This document shows, one piece after another, positions 28,456 through 38,088 of a DNA stretch of 64,000 bases. The number at the start of each line of letters is the position of its first letter. Positions within the stretch are counted from its first letter, which is position 1. The DNA comes from a virus. Location of the stretch: positions 1 through 64,000 of IMG/VR virus record IMGVR_UViG_3300028800_000006; one strand, written 5' to 3'. A model generated the notes under the pieces. The model did not search any database. It saw nothing but the letters and a program-made list of their open reading frames with translations, and was not told where the DNA came from. Made by a program: the position numbers and the translations under genes.

Positions 28456-29468
28456 TGCGCGATACACAGCTCCAGCACGCCATGACCGCGATCTCGCTTC
28501 TACACCGGACGCCCGGGGACACGCGGCTGATCGAGATCACCGCTCTGGCGCAGCGGCAGGCGCCCGTGAAGCGCTGGTTCACGAAACCTGAACTAGCCGC
28601 TGAGTTCGCGCTCGACATGAACGACTCCAAGCTGTGCGTGTTCTGCGCGATCAATACACGCAACGCATTCTCTGGCTTCGAACGCGACGTGCCAGAAGTG
28701 ACGGCGATGGCTCTGGATCTCCAACCTGAGCGCACGTCGATCGAGACCGTCGGGGCCTGGTTGACTGCGGCTGGGATTGCCCCAACCGCGCAGACGGTAT
28801 CCGGCTACGGTGCACATATGTACTTCCTGCTGTCTGAGGCTGCCGATCCGCACAAGGCAAAGCTCGTGTGGGAGCGTCTGTGCAAGGTCACGCGCAGCGA
28901 CAACATCTTCAACACAAACCGGATTCTGCGGCTTCCTGGCTCGCGGAACTGGAAGAAGACGCCGCCGCGCTGGTGCTACTTCACAGGGCTCGCGTCGCAG
29001 CGTCAGTACACACTGCATGAGATCGATCGGGCGCTCGATCTCATGGGAGCGCCACCGGCACGGACAGCAAAGGAGGGCATCCAGGTTCCTATCAACCCGC
29101 CGATCGACTGGACGGAGCTGCGGAAGCTGCTGTCTGGCGCGGTTCTCGACATCATAGACACCGGCGAGAAGAACGCGTTCTCAGAGCGGCAGGTGACGCG
29201 CAGCGAGGCCGACTGGCTGGTGATCTGTGCGCTCGTGCGCGCCGGTGTGTCTGACGGAATGATCCACTGGATCTACGAAACCCAGCCTGTGGGGATGCTG
29301 AAGTACCGCAGCGTCGGCGTGCACTATCTCAATCAGACGATTCATAATGCTCGCCGCGCGACCGCGGACACGCTAGAGAACCGGCCGCACACACCGACCA
29401 TTCGCTACAACCGGCCCCGCGGAAGCTCCCGCGACGACCAGCGCGGCAACCGCCGCATGTACAAGTAG
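28452..29468 (+). CDS. RepB-like DNA primase
   Basis: ALDLQ, SGYGAHMYFLL, RILRLPGSRNWK, RSEAD. Confidence 0.75.
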   Translation: MMRDTQLQHAMTAISLLHRTPGDTRLIEITALAQRQAPVKRWFTKPELAAEFALDMNDSKLCVFCAINTRNAFSGFERDVPEVTAMALDLQPERTSIETVGAWLTAAGIAPTAQTVSGYGAHMYFLLSEAADPHKAKLVWERLCKVTRSDNIFNTNRILRLPGSRNWKKTPPRWCYFTGLASQRQYTLHEIDRALDLMGAPPARTAKEGIQVPINPPIDWTELRKLLSGAVLDIIDTGEKNAFSERQVTRSEADWLVICALVRAGVSDGMIHWIYETQPVGMLKYRSVGVHYLNQTIHNARRATADTLENRPHTPTIRYNRPRGSSRDDQRGNRRMYK

Positions 29469-29483
29469 AGGAGACCCAGTCAG

Positions 29484-30461
29484 ATGAAAAAACGCCAGGT
29501 CAACGTGAAGCCGAAGCGCCGTTCGCCGATCCGGAATGTGCGGGGCACCACAACCTCTGCGCCGCCGATGCCTCCGCCGGTCCCGCTCGAACAGCGGCTG
29601 ATCTACGAGATGCCGTTCGGCTTCAACAAGTGCACGGTGGACCCGACGCTGTCTGCCATGGCGTCAACGACATGGGAGCCGTCCCAGGCGCAGCTCACCG
29701 AGCAGGCGTGGGTCCGCACCTACTTAGCAGATGCGGGCTGCGTCGTAGCAGGCGACATCGAGCAGCTCGGCTGCACTGGTGTATTGCGCCACGAGAGGAT
29801 GTGTCACGATGGCGACACTGCCACGGAGGAGCAAATAATCGCAGGAACGATAGCCGCAGGTACACGGTTACGCCTCGGGCTGGCCGGCAGCGGCGTTGGT
29901 CTCCCGTGCTTCGTGCCACCCACGCGGTTCTGCCTTGTCCACAACACAATCGGCGGGCTTGAAGACGAGCAGGTGGTTCACCACGGCCTGTACATCGAAA
30001 GAGTGTCTCGGCCGCTCACGCCAGCGGAGGAAGCCAAGACGGTCGTGATGCGCCACGCTGGTCAGATGAAGAGCGTGGGCGAGCTGAACGACTTCATCGC
30101 CGGGCGGTCGCCGCTTGACGTGGAAGGAGACGACGAGCCTGAGCTGCCCATCAGCAAGCTTGGCGCGCAGTCGTGGACGTGCGAAGAGCATGCGACGACT
30201 GTGTGGAGCTGCCGCTACTGCCTCGCTCAAGCCGTCGTGGAAGGCCCTCTGATTCCGGTCACACTCGTGGCATCACACGCGAAGCTGGACGCTGATGGAA
30301 AGATGACCACGCCAATCGACAGCGAATTCAGGCTTAGCGGCGACGCGGGCGTCGCCGCTGTGCTGAAGGATTTCGAAGGTGATCGTATCCGCAGCGGATC
30401 GATCATGGCCGATGTCTGGGTGCGTGTTGCGGCGTTCAGTCGCAAGCTTGCGCGTGACTGA
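29484..30461 (+). CDS. Hypothetical protein with C-terminal Cys motif
   Basis: RBS; CEEH..CRYC. Confidence 0.65.
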   Translation: MKKRQVNVKPKRRSPIRNVRGTTTSAPPMPPPVPLEQRLIYEMPFGFNKCTVDPTLSAMASTTWEPSQAQLTEQAWVRTYLADAGCVVAGDIEQLGCTGVLRHERMCHDGDTATEEQIIAGTIAAGTRLRLGLAGSGVGLPCFVPPTRFCLVHNTIGGLEDEQVVHHGLYIERVSRPLTPAEEAKTVVMRHAGQMKSVGELNDFIAGRSPLDVEGDDEPELPISKLGAQSWTCEEHATTVWSCRYCLAQAVVEGPLIPVTLVASHAKLDADGKMTTPIDSEFRLSGDAGVAAVLKDFEGDRIRSGSIMADVWVRVAAFSRKLARD

Positions 30462-30496
30462 GTTCAGTCTTGGCTGAAAAAGTGAGGTGATCTGAA

Positions 30497-31165
30497 ATGT
30501 TCATTTGTATTGAAGGACTTGACGCAAGCGGCAAGAATACCCAGTCCAAGCTACTGGCGGACCGGCTGCAGCCTTCTGTGCTGTTCTCGTTCCACCGCTA
30601 TGACACGCCGCTGGGGGCACTGATCAAGCGGCATCTGATGGGGCACGTAGCTCTGCGTGAGGAGCACAGCATCGATTCGTCTGACCACCGTATCGACGGT
30701 GACACGGTCTACCGGGTGGCCCGACAAGACCCCCTCATGTTCCAGTGTCTGGCCACCATCGACAAGTACGACGCGGCCAACGACATCCGCGCCGCCCAGG
30801 CCGAAGGCAAGCACATCGTCTGCGACCGCTACATGCAGAGTGCGCTCGCGTACGGGATGGCTGACGGGCTCGACAAGGAGTGGCTGAAGCGCATCCAGAG
30901 CAGCCTGCCCGTGCCGGATCTGAATCTCTTCATCGACGTCACTGAAGAGGAGGCACTGAAACGGCGTCCGCAGCTGCGCGACCGGTACGAGAAGGATCGC
31001 GAGAAGCAGCGTGTGGTGCGGCAGATGTACCAGGACATCTGGAGCATGGGGCTGCCCGGCCGGTGGGTGACGGTTCCGGGGCACCTGAGCGTGGAACAGG
31101 TCCACGATGTGATCTGGGGCGAGGTGCAGAAGTCGGTGGCCGCGGCTGTTCGGGGGAAGCGTTGA
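30497..31165 (+). CDS. tmk: Thymidylate kinase
   Basis: FICIEGLDASGKNTQ, VCDRY, PDLNLFID. Confidence 0.93.
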   Translation: MFICIEGLDASGKNTQSKLLADRLQPSVLFSFHRYDTPLGALIKRHLMGHVALREEHSIDSSDHRIDGDTVYRVARQDPLMFQCLATIDKYDAANDIRAAQAEGKHIVCDRYMQSALAYGMADGLDKEWLKRIQSSLPVPDLNLFIDVTEEEALKRRPQLRDRYEKDREKQRVVRQMYQDIWSMGLPGRWVTVPGHLSVEQVHDVIWGEVQKSVAAAVRGKR

Positions 31166-31421
31166 AGATCGTCTACGTGGCGGGCCGGTTCAACGCGGAC
31201 ACGCACTGGGAGGTCGAGCAGAACGTGCGGCGGGCGGAGGCGCTTGCGGTGGAGGTCGCGCGGCTCGGCGCTCATCCTGGTGCCGGGCTGGGGAAGGGTC
31301 GAAGGGCACGGCGGCGGAGCGTGAAGAAGCGTTCCGGAAGCACATTCCACAGTTTCACGATCTGCGGTCGCTTCAGGACTGGCTGGATCGTGGAGCACCA
31401 ACCTACAAGGAGGATGTCTGA
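31162..31421 (+). pseudogene. Disrupted DUF4406/DUF1937-like (nucleoside deoxyribosyltransferase-like) gene
   Basis: Segments in three frames: KIVYVAGRF..WEVEQNVRRAE..RLGA / ALILVPGW / EGSKGTAAEREEAFRKHIPQF; central part missing; start and stop still coupled to tmk and thyX. Confidence 0.65.
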
Positions 31422-32185
31422 TGCTGCTGCGCATTCCAGTTCTGGATCACGGCTATCTCGAAGCCATCGAGTCATGGGGGTCGGACGAGCGGATCGTCGA
31501 GGCCGCTCGGATGAGCACCGGCAAGGGCTTCCTTCGTTGGGATGAGGGCCCGTGTCCCGCTTGTGGCACCATGGACGAACAGGGGCCCGGCTGTCATGCG
31601 TGCGAGGGTAAGGGCAGCGTTCGCGGCGACGTCCACCTGCTTCGTCGCCTTTGGACGATGAAGCACGCCACCCCGTTCGAAATGGCTGGCCTGGTCATCG
31701 AGGTCCAGGCGCCGATCTTCGTCTTCCGCGAATGGCATCGCCACCGGACACAGTCCTACAACGAGATGTCAGCGCGCTACATGCCATTGCCCAACGTGAA
31801 CTACATCCCGTCTGTCGCGCGTCTGCTGATCAACAGCAAGACGAACAAGCAGGCAGGGACAGTGGCGGGCGCAGAGGAACTGACCGAAGGTGTCGCGTTT
31901 ATCTTTCAGGAGTCGCTTCGACACATCTACGCCGAGGCTGAGACGCTATATCAGCAAGCTCTGCGAGCTGGAATCCCGAAGGAGTTGGCCCGCATTCACC
32001 TTCCGGTCGGCCGCTACAGCCGCATGCGTGCGAGCGCGAATCTCAGAAATTGGCTGGCGTTCCTGACCCTGCGGATGGACCAGGCGGCGCAGTGGGAGAT
32101 CCGTCAGTACGCGAACGCTGTGGGTGAAATCATCGCCGAGCGGTTCCCTCGGACCTGGGCGCTGTTCACGGAGGGACGAAAGTGA
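31421..32185 (+). CDS. thyX: Flavin-dependent thymidylate synthase with zinc-ribbon insertion
   Basis: HATPFE, REWHRHRTQSYNEMSARY, KELAR, AQWEIR; insert CPACG...CHACEGKG. Confidence 0.95.
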   Translation: MLLRIPVLDHGYLEAIESWGSDERIVEAARMSTGKGFLRWDEGPCPACGTMDEQGPGCHACEGKGSVRGDVHLLRRLWTMKHATPFEMAGLVIEVQAPIFVFREWHRHRTQSYNEMSARYMPLPNVNYIPSVARLLINSKTNKQAGTVAGAEELTEGVAFIFQESLRHIYAEAETLYQQALRAGIPKELARIHLPVGRYSRMRASANLRNWLAFLTLRMDQAAQWEIRQYANAVGEIIAERFPRTWALFTEGRK

Positions 32186-32409
32186 CAGCCACTCCACTGT
32201 TCTGCGCGAAGTGCCAGCGTCCGCTGCGCAGCTACTTCAAGGTCGAACGCGTGGCCGAGGCCGGCACCACGACAGTCTCGGCTGTCACCTGCTCGATCCC
32301 TTGCCTCATCTCGTGGACCTACGGCTACGCGACGCTGATGGGCATGATGGGAGCTGCGAAGGCCAAGTCGCTGCTCGATGGTGTGCTGGGCCTGCTCCAG
32401 GGGAAGTAA
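32182..32409 (+). CDS. Small zinc-finger protein
   Basis: CAKC...CSIPC. Confidence 0.6.
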   Translation: MTATPLFCAKCQRPLRSYFKVERVAEAGTTTVSAVTCSIPCLISWTYGYATLMGMMGAAKAKSLLDGVLGLLQGK

Positions 32410-32811
32410 GTGACCAACATGCAGTTCTACGCGATGCAAGCGGGCTTCCTGCCGTTCGATCGGTTGCCAGGACGGCTTCAAGCGAATGTCGAGGCGAGCG
32501 CTCTCCCAGGTGTGTGGGTGCTCCGCCTCGAAGCTGTGGTGGAAGCGAAAGTGGTCAGAGCGCGGCTGGGCGTGGGAGCCGCTGAAGGTGGATTGATGGC
32601 TGACGATCTCTCGATCTTCGTCTGCAGCCGGTTCCCGACAACCACGTGCCAGACGGCCAACTGCACGAACCGCGCGACGTTCACGTGCACCGCGCCGCTG
32701 GCGGGGCCGAAGGCAGGCACCGCATGTGGCCGGCGGGTCTGCGATGCGTGCCGACGCGGAACGGACTGCTGCCGGGCTCATCAGAAGAAGGCGTCAATCC
32801 CTCCTGGTTGA
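32410..32811 (+). CDS. Cys-rich hypothetical protein
   Basis: C-terminal cluster of Cys/His. Confidence 0.55.
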   Translation: MTNMQFYAMQAGFLPFDRLPGRLQANVEASALPGVWVLRLEAVVEAKVVRARLGVGAAEGGLMADDLSIFVCSRFPTTTCQTANCTNRATFTCTAPLAGPKAGTACGRRVCDACRRGTDCCRAHQKKASIPPG

Positions 32812-32859
32812 CCCCCCGCCCCCGCCGGGCATATGCTCTGTAGCCAAGGAGATCACCAC

Positions 32860-33558
32860 ATGATTCTTGGCAACCACATGATGAACCCGGCGGCGCTGAT
32901 GCGCTCGGGTGGAATCCCCGGCGTGCTGCCGAGCGGACGCAACCTGCGAGCGGGCATCACTAGCGCTTCGGCGCGCATCCACGCGGGCTACCCCTTCCAG
33001 ACCGCCCCGCTGCCGGCCCCGCTGCCGGTCGCCTCGCCTGCGGCCGTGGCGGTCACCCCGGTGGCGACTCCGGGTGGCACTCATGGCGCGTTCTCCGGCG
33101 CCGGTTTCGGGTCGCACGGCGGCGTGCGGTTCGATCCTTACATGATCATGCGCTCGGGCGGAATGCCGGGCATCATGGCCTCGGGCGCGAACATCCGCGG
33201 CGGCGTCCGGAACGTGGGCCCCCACGTGCAGGCGTCCTACCCCTTCCAGACCGCTCCGCTGCCGGCGCCTCTCCCGGTCGCCTCGCCCGCCGCGGTTCCG
33301 GTCGCTCCCGGCGGCACCAAGGGGCTGATGGGCGTGCTGGCGGACCACCTGGGCATTCCCACGCGTCGGCGCCGCCGGCACTGGTTCTTCAACCCGATCA
33401 CCGTCACGGCGCAGAGCCAGGCGGCGAACTGCGAGAAGCTCGGGCCGCGCTCGGACGGTCTCTACGTCACGATCTGCAACGGCCAGGTCACGCAGTACAG
33501 CGACGCGGCTGGCAACGTGCACGCGAGCCCGTACGCGGATCCGAACGCCTACACCTAA
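32860..33558 (+). CDS. Putative virion protein with an internal ~55-aa duplication
   Basis: TTGACC-N18-TATGCT promoter, AGGAG RBS; two copies of MRSGG.PG...YPFQTAPLPAPLPVASPAAV. Confidence 0.75.
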   Translation: MILGNHMMNPAALMRSGGIPGVLPSGRNLRAGITSASARIHAGYPFQTAPLPAPLPVASPAAVAVTPVATPGGTHGAFSGAGFGSHGGVRFDPYMIMRSGGMPGIMASGANIRGGVRNVGPHVQASYPFQTAPLPAPLPVASPAAVPVAPGGTKGLMGVLADHLGIPTRRRRRHWFFNPITVTAQSQAANCEKLGPRSDGLYVTICNGQVTQYSDAAGNVHASPYADPNAYT

Positions 33559-33564
33559 AGCACC

Positions 33565-34008
33565 GTGCGCCGGTCCCTGTATCCAAACCCGGACGCGGTT
33601 CCGTACGCGTCCACGCAGCCGGCAGGATTCCCGTGTCAGATGACGACACAGAGTCCTGCCCGGCTGTATCCGTTGCATCATCACGGTGCGTGGCTGAACG
33701 CGGAAGGCACCGGCAACACCGATCTCTCCTCCGGGCACTTCCACCGTGTGATCGAAGGCCGGGTGCAGCCGGACCTGTCAGACGGGCACACGCACGAGCT
33801 GACGCGGCTGCCGTGTGGGTGGGGAGCGCCCCACGTTCCGGGGCAGCACGACATCACCGGCATGTCGCTGCTCGGCGACGGCGCTCCTCCTGTGCCAGCC
33901 CCGATGAGCGTTCAGGCACCGCCGATGTGGCCGTGGGTGGTGGGCGCGGTGATGGTCGTCGGCCTGGTCGTCGGCGGCGTCTTTCTCCTGCGGAGCGATG
34001 CCGAATGA
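33565..34008 (+). CDS. His-motif protein with C-terminal membrane anchor
   Basis: GHFH...GHTH; WPWVVGAVMVVGLVVGGVFLL. Confidence 0.75.
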   Translation: MRRSLYPNPDAVPYASTQPAGFPCQMTTQSPARLYPLHHHGAWLNAEGTGNTDLSSGHFHRVIEGRVQPDLSDGHTHELTRLPCGWGAPHVPGQHDITGMSLLGDGAPPVPAPMSVQAPPMWPWVVGAVMVVGLVVGGVFLLRSDAE

Positions 34009-34406
34009 CCAGAGCCCAGGTGAACCTGTGGGTGAGCCGCGCGAACCGGCTCATGAAGGACGGAGATTGTGCTGCCGCGCAGACCGCCGTGGCACAGGCG
34101 TGGCAGGCGCTCGGGCAGTATTCGGCGATGCTGGCGCGGCAGGGGGCATCGAACGGGACCGCGATCTACCTGCACAAGACGATCGCTCGCCTGCAGACGA
34201 AGCTCGCGCGGCAGTGCCGGGTCGATCCGGATGCGCTCGCGCCAGCCTACCAGGCGGCGTCCGATCCTGACGCGCTCGCCCCGATGCATGGCACGGGTGA
34301 CGTGATCTTCGACAGCCTCACCACGACGCTGACGACGCTCGGGATCATCGGTGCGATTTTCGGGCTCGGGTACGGCATCTACATCACGTACAAGCGGAGC
34401 ACGTAG
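34005..34406 (+). CDS. Helical protein with C-terminal membrane anchor
   Basis: MTRAQ..KDGDC; LGIIGAIFGLGYGIYITYKR. Confidence 0.75.
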   Translation: MTRAQVNLWVSRANRLMKDGDCAAAQTAVAQAWQALGQYSAMLARQGASNGTAIYLHKTIARLQTKLARQCRVDPDALAPAYQAASDPDALAPMHGTGDVIFDSLTTTLTTLGIIGAIFGLGYGIYITYKRST

Positions 34407-34567
34407 TGACGCGGGCGCCCGCCAAGCCCGGCTCGTTCCTGTACCACGGCGGGATGGTCTTCGAGGTCGACAACTGCGGGAAGCGCCGGCCGCGCAAGGA
34501 CATCGGTCCGGGCACGCGCGGCAAGTTCAAGCCCAAGTTCTACACAGGGAAGGCGTGCAAGCGCTAA
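34406..34567 (+). CDS. 53-aa basic microprotein
   Basis: Manual translation MTRAPAKPGSFLYHGGMVFEVDNCGKRR...ACKR; coupled to previous stop. Confidence 0.55.
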   Translation: MTRAPAKPGSFLYHGGMVFEVDNCGKRRPRKDIGPGTRGKFKPKFYTGKACKR

Positions 34568-34782
34568 CCGATGCGCCGGCAGGCGCTCTGCCGGCAGAGC
34601 AGGACGCCAGTCGTCATCTCGCGGCCCGGCGACGTCTTCGACCGGCGAACGCTCTCGACCTTCGACCCCTGGCAGGCCCCCGTGGCGGCGCGGCTCTTCG
34701 AGCTGGCGAGGCGGACGGCTGACTTCAGCTTGCGCAGGTACTTCACCCCGCTGCACCACGTGACCTTGTAGATCTTCTTCAT
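34564..34782 (-). CDS. Small basic protein
   Basis: K/R-rich, four Cys; coupled operon. Confidence 0.55.
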   Translation of the reverse strand: MKKIYKVTWCSGVKYLRKLKSAVRLASSKSRAATGACQGSKVESVRRSKTSPGREMTTGVLLCRQSACRRIG

Positions 34783-35090
34783 GTGGCGCTCGCCGGCTGG
34801 GCTGATGGCCAGCCCTCGGTGTCAATGACCGTCCGGCCCCCGCCACCCGCGCCGTTCCGCAGCGCCTGCACGAGCGCCTGGATGCGCGGCCCGTCGTAGC
34901 CCGAGGCGATGACGATGATCGCCGGCTGCCCGGCTGCCATCACTCGGCGCACGACCATCTCGGCGCCGTCGGGACCACTCAGCGCCTTGGCCTTCGCACG
35001 GGCGAACAGCTCGGCGATGGTGTACCGCTTCCACCACGCGATCAGGCCGATCGCGCTTACACCGAGACCAACAGCGAATGGGTGCTTCAT
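34779..35090 (-). CDS. N-terminally membrane-anchored protein
   Basis: MKHPFAVGLGVSAIGLIAWWKR. Confidence 0.65.
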   Translation of the reverse strand: MKHPFAVGLGVSAIGLIAWWKRYTIAELFARAKAKALSGPDGAEMVVRRVMAAGQPAIIVIASGYDGPRIQALVQALRNGAGGGGRTVIDTEGWPSAQPASAT

Positions 35091-35092
35091 GT

Positions 35093-35329
35093 TCAACGTC
35101 TCCGACGTGCGCGTCCAAGAGGGACTCGTCGCACACGGCGCAGCGGACGGTCCAGCTCGGCGCAGCCCCGCATCAGCGTTGCCTTCACCCGGCGTGCCTT
35201 GGCCACCGTGAGCGGTGCGAATAGGCCCTGAATAGCGTTGAGGGCGTACCCGGTGCGCTTGGAATAAAGAACGGCGTCGATCTTGCCCTGGCGGACACGT
35301 TCGAACCGCACTGTGCACCTGGCTGCCAT
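35093..35329 (-). CDS. Small Arg-rich protein
   Basis: Ends PLGRARRRR; TTGCGC-N18-TACGAT upstream. Confidence 0.6.
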   Translation of the reverse strand: MAARCTVRFERVRQGKIDAVLYSKRTGYALNAIQGLFAPLTVAKARRVKATLMRGCAELDRPLRRVRRVPLGRARRRR

Positions 35330-35397
35330 GGTGCTCAGGATCGTACCCCAGCCCCCTGTGCTCGCGCAAACCGGGTGGCCCGTGATACGCTCTCGCT

Positions 35398-35955
35398 GTG
35401 CCTGGGATCGAGGTCTACACCATCAGCGGCGCCGCGTCCGGATATGATCCGACGACCGGCATGCCGCTCGAAGGCAAGCTGGTGCCGGTGACGTCGTCAC
35501 CGCCCGCGGCCCAGCTCCAGAACGCGCTCAAGGCGCTCGGGACCACGAATGGAGACCCGGCACTCGCCTCGTTGACCGTGGACGGCATCATCGGCCCGAA
35601 CACCGTCAAGGCCGTGAACCGCGCCCTGGCCACGTACGTGGGAGCCACCGCGGCGTTCCCGACGGCGAACCTCGACGTGACCCGCGTGCGTCAGTACGCC
35701 GGAGCGCTCGCGTCGCTGATCTCCGATCGCGTGAAGAAGAGCGGCGGCACCGTTCCCCCGGTCGTGGTGCACCACCCCGTGAAACGCACCCCAGCGCTCC
35801 CGAGCCTGCCCGTCGCGATTCCGACGTCCATGACCGCTAGCGTGTTCGACAACCAGAAGTGGATCTGGTGGGTGGTCGGCGGTGTGGGCGCCCTGGCCGT
35901 GCTGACCGCGGCGGCCTCTGCTGTGAAGACGCGAAAGGCTGCTGCGAATGGCTGA
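35398..35955 (+). CDS. Peptidoglycan-binding-domain protein with C-terminal membrane anchor
   Basis: LQNALKALG..LTVDGIIGPNTVKAV; WIWWVVGGVGALAVL then basic tail. Confidence 0.8.
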   Translation: MPGIEVYTISGAASGYDPTTGMPLEGKLVPVTSSPPAAQLQNALKALGTTNGDPALASLTVDGIIGPNTVKAVNRALATYVGATAAFPTANLDVTRVRQYAGALASLISDRVKKSGGTVPPVVVHHPVKRTPALPSLPVAIPTSMTASVFDNQKWIWWVVGGVGALAVLTAAASAVKTRKAAANG

Positions 35956-36334
35956 TCTGACTCTGTTCAACGGGAAGGTGCCCGCGAGCTACACGCCATC
36001 GAAAGGCATTCAGATCACCGCGCGGAGGGTCACTCTGCGATTTGCGGTCACGGTGACGGGCGCGCCGACTACTGTGCAGTGGTACCTGGAGTTCAGTGGC
36101 GACGCACAGACGTGGTTCCGCGAGACTGCTGAGGAGGATCAGGGCGGTGGCGCCGTGAGCATGCCAGCCGTGGTGCGTACTCTGCAGTATGTCGACGGCA
36201 CCGACCTTCCTGTTGGCACTACCAAGCTCAGCTTGCAGTTCATCCGCGACGAGCAGCTCGTGCGGGTGCAGTTGGCGTGTGCAGGAACGGCGACTGTGAA
36301 GCTGACGACGCCGTATGGCGAGCAGCCGTTCTAG
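35948..36334 (+). CDS. Beta-rich small protein, possible jelly-roll virion protein
   Basis: Alternating hydrophobic strands throughout 128 aa. Confidence 0.6.
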   Translation: MADLTLFNGKVPASYTPSKGIQITARRVTLRFAVTVTGAPTTVQWYLEFSGDAQTWFRETAEEDQGGGAVSMPAVVRTLQYVDGTDLPVGTTKLSLQFIRDEQLVRVQLACAGTATVKLTTPYGEQPF

Positions 36335-37539
36335 GTGGCCTTCGCTGCTTCAGCCACTGCGTGCTCCAGCCGCGCAGCGTAAACAGGGGCGTAGTCAGGC
36401 TCGCTGTCGATCCCGATGAACCGTCGGGACTCGTGGATCGCAGCAACCCCGGTTGAGCCTGAGCCCATGAACGGGTCTAGCACCGTGCCGCTCACAGGTG
36501 TAACAAGCCGCACGAGCCAGCGCATGAGCGCGATTGCTTTCACGGTCGGGTGGTGATTGGCGCGGGCAGAGGAGCGGCCGGCGCCCGCACGTGCGCTCTG
36601 GATGCCTGCGGAGTTTTCGTCACGGTTGGTGATCTCGGTCGAGGCGCGCATGGGCAGGTGGGCGAGCCCTGCTTCACGCTCTTTTGTGCTCGGCTTCGCG
36701 CAGTAGAAGAAGCGGGCGGCGCCGCCGGAGTCGCCATAGAAGATCTGCGGTGACCCTTCTGCGCGGCTCTCTGCACCGAGCGCGCGAGGCGCACTGCCTT
36801 TCGCTGATTTGCGCTTGATTGTGTCCTTGCCACTCTTCAGCAATCCGCTCTGTGTGTTTAGTAACAGCACGGGGCAGCCTGGCATGCATTCAGCGTCTTC
36901 ACACCAGTCGGTGTGGGAGAGAACAAGATTGGCAGGCCAGCGGCCATCTTCGGTTGTGCCCGCTGCACGTGATCCCGCAAGTCCAGCTCCGTACAGGCGC
37001 CCTGTGCGTCCGGTTGGCTCACGCGCGGGCCGCACCTCACACGCGATGCTGCACGCTTCGATATTTAGCCCGCCCGTGCCGTGCGCAGCGACGTTTCCCG
37101 TCGTTGTACCGTCACACGGCTTACGCACGAGGATCCAATTCTCGCTCGCAGGCTTCAGCGCTGTGCCTCGCCCCTCACCAACGTTCAATGACTTCGGAAA
37201 CCCTGTGCCGAAGTGGTGCGTGACGACGTCGCGGATCTCGAACCCTGCGTCTTCGAGCGCTGTCGCCGTCCAGTGGGACGTGCGCGGAATGGCCCACACG
37301 AGCCCATGCGCCCCAGGCTTCAGCACGCGCCGCGCTTCCGTCATCACGCCGCGCATCCAAGCAATCCAGGCATCACGGCCGCCTTTATCGTGGTCCCAGT
37401 CTTTGTTCATGAAGCCGATCCCTGCCGGAGGATCCGTTACCAACGAGTCGACGTGATCGGCCGGCATCATCGTCATCACCTCGACGCAATCACCAGCCGC
37501 GAGGATGTATTTGGGATGCGTGGTGAACGTCGGTGCCAT
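36331..37539 (-). CDS. N6A/N4C DNA methyltransferase, beta class
   Basis: VTDPPAG, HPTVK, VLDPFMGSGSTG. Confidence 0.92.
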   Translation of the reverse strand: MAPTFTTHPKYILAAGDCVEVMTMMPADHVDSLVTDPPAGIGFMNKDWDHDKGGRDAWIAWMRGVMTEARRVLKPGAHGLVWAIPRTSHWTATALEDAGFEIRDVVTHHFGTGFPKSLNVGEGRGTALKPASENWILVRKPCDGTTTGNVAAHGTGGLNIEACSIACEVRPAREPTGRTGRLYGAGLAGSRAAGTTEDGRWPANLVLSHTDWCEDAECMPGCPVLLLNTQSGLLKSGKDTIKRKSAKGSAPRALGAESRAEGSPQIFYGDSGGAARFFYCAKPSTKEREAGLAHLPMRASTEITNRDENSAGIQSARAGAGRSSARANHHPTVKAIALMRWLVRLVTPVSGTVLDPFMGSGSTGVAAIHESRRFIGIDSEPDYAPVYAARLEHAVAEAAKAT

Positions 37540-37541
37540 GG

Positions 37542-37557
37542 TGCCAGTTAACTAGCA
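37542..37557. promoter_or_regulatory. Operator copy 2 (TGCCAGTTAACTAGCA)
   Basis: 2 nt upstream of the methyltransferase ATG. Confidence 0.65.
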
Positions 37558-37600
37558 CGGTTGCTAGAACGCTAGCAAGTAGGCTACCCTCCCCTCCCAC

Positions 37601-38056
37601 ATGCCGCTCAGGCCGCTACTCGTCGTCACCGGCTCCATCCACGTCGAGGGGGGAGATACGCACACCGTGCGGCAGAAGGGGTCGAGCAAGAACGGCGCCC
37701 ACATCTCGATCGATCACACGCGGAAGATCACAGCGGACCGGCGTGAAGCGAACGTGGTGTCGACAGGGTACATGCGCCGCCTGGCGCGTCTCCGTCTGCT
37801 GAAGACGCCCTATGGCAGCCTCGTGGACCCGGAGAAGCTCCCATTGGTGAAGGAGCTGCTGGCCAGTGCAACGCGGGACGTCGGCACGTTTAATACTGAG
37901 CATGCCGGAGGCACTGCCAGGCTCGCGAATTGCCTGGTGTGGGAGCATCTGAAGGGCAACCGGCTCGCCGCGGTGGAGGGTTGGCTTGCCCGGCAGATGC
38001 ATGACTCGGTCCCGGATGCCGTGTCGGCCGCCCCGACGCTATTCTTGGCGACTTGA
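37601..38056 (+). CDS. Hypothetical protein
   Basis: ORF after TTGCTA-N18-TACCCT. Confidence 0.65.
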   Translation: MPLRPLLVVTGSIHVEGGDTHTVRQKGSSKNGAHISIDHTRKITADRREANVVSTGYMRRLARLRLLKTPYGSLVDPEKLPLVKELLASATRDVGTFNTEHAGGTARLANCLVWEHLKGNRLAAVEGWLARQMHDSVPDAVSAAPTLFLAT

Positions 38057-38088
38057 CCGTGCCGCCGCACCGGGCCTATCCTCTCACC

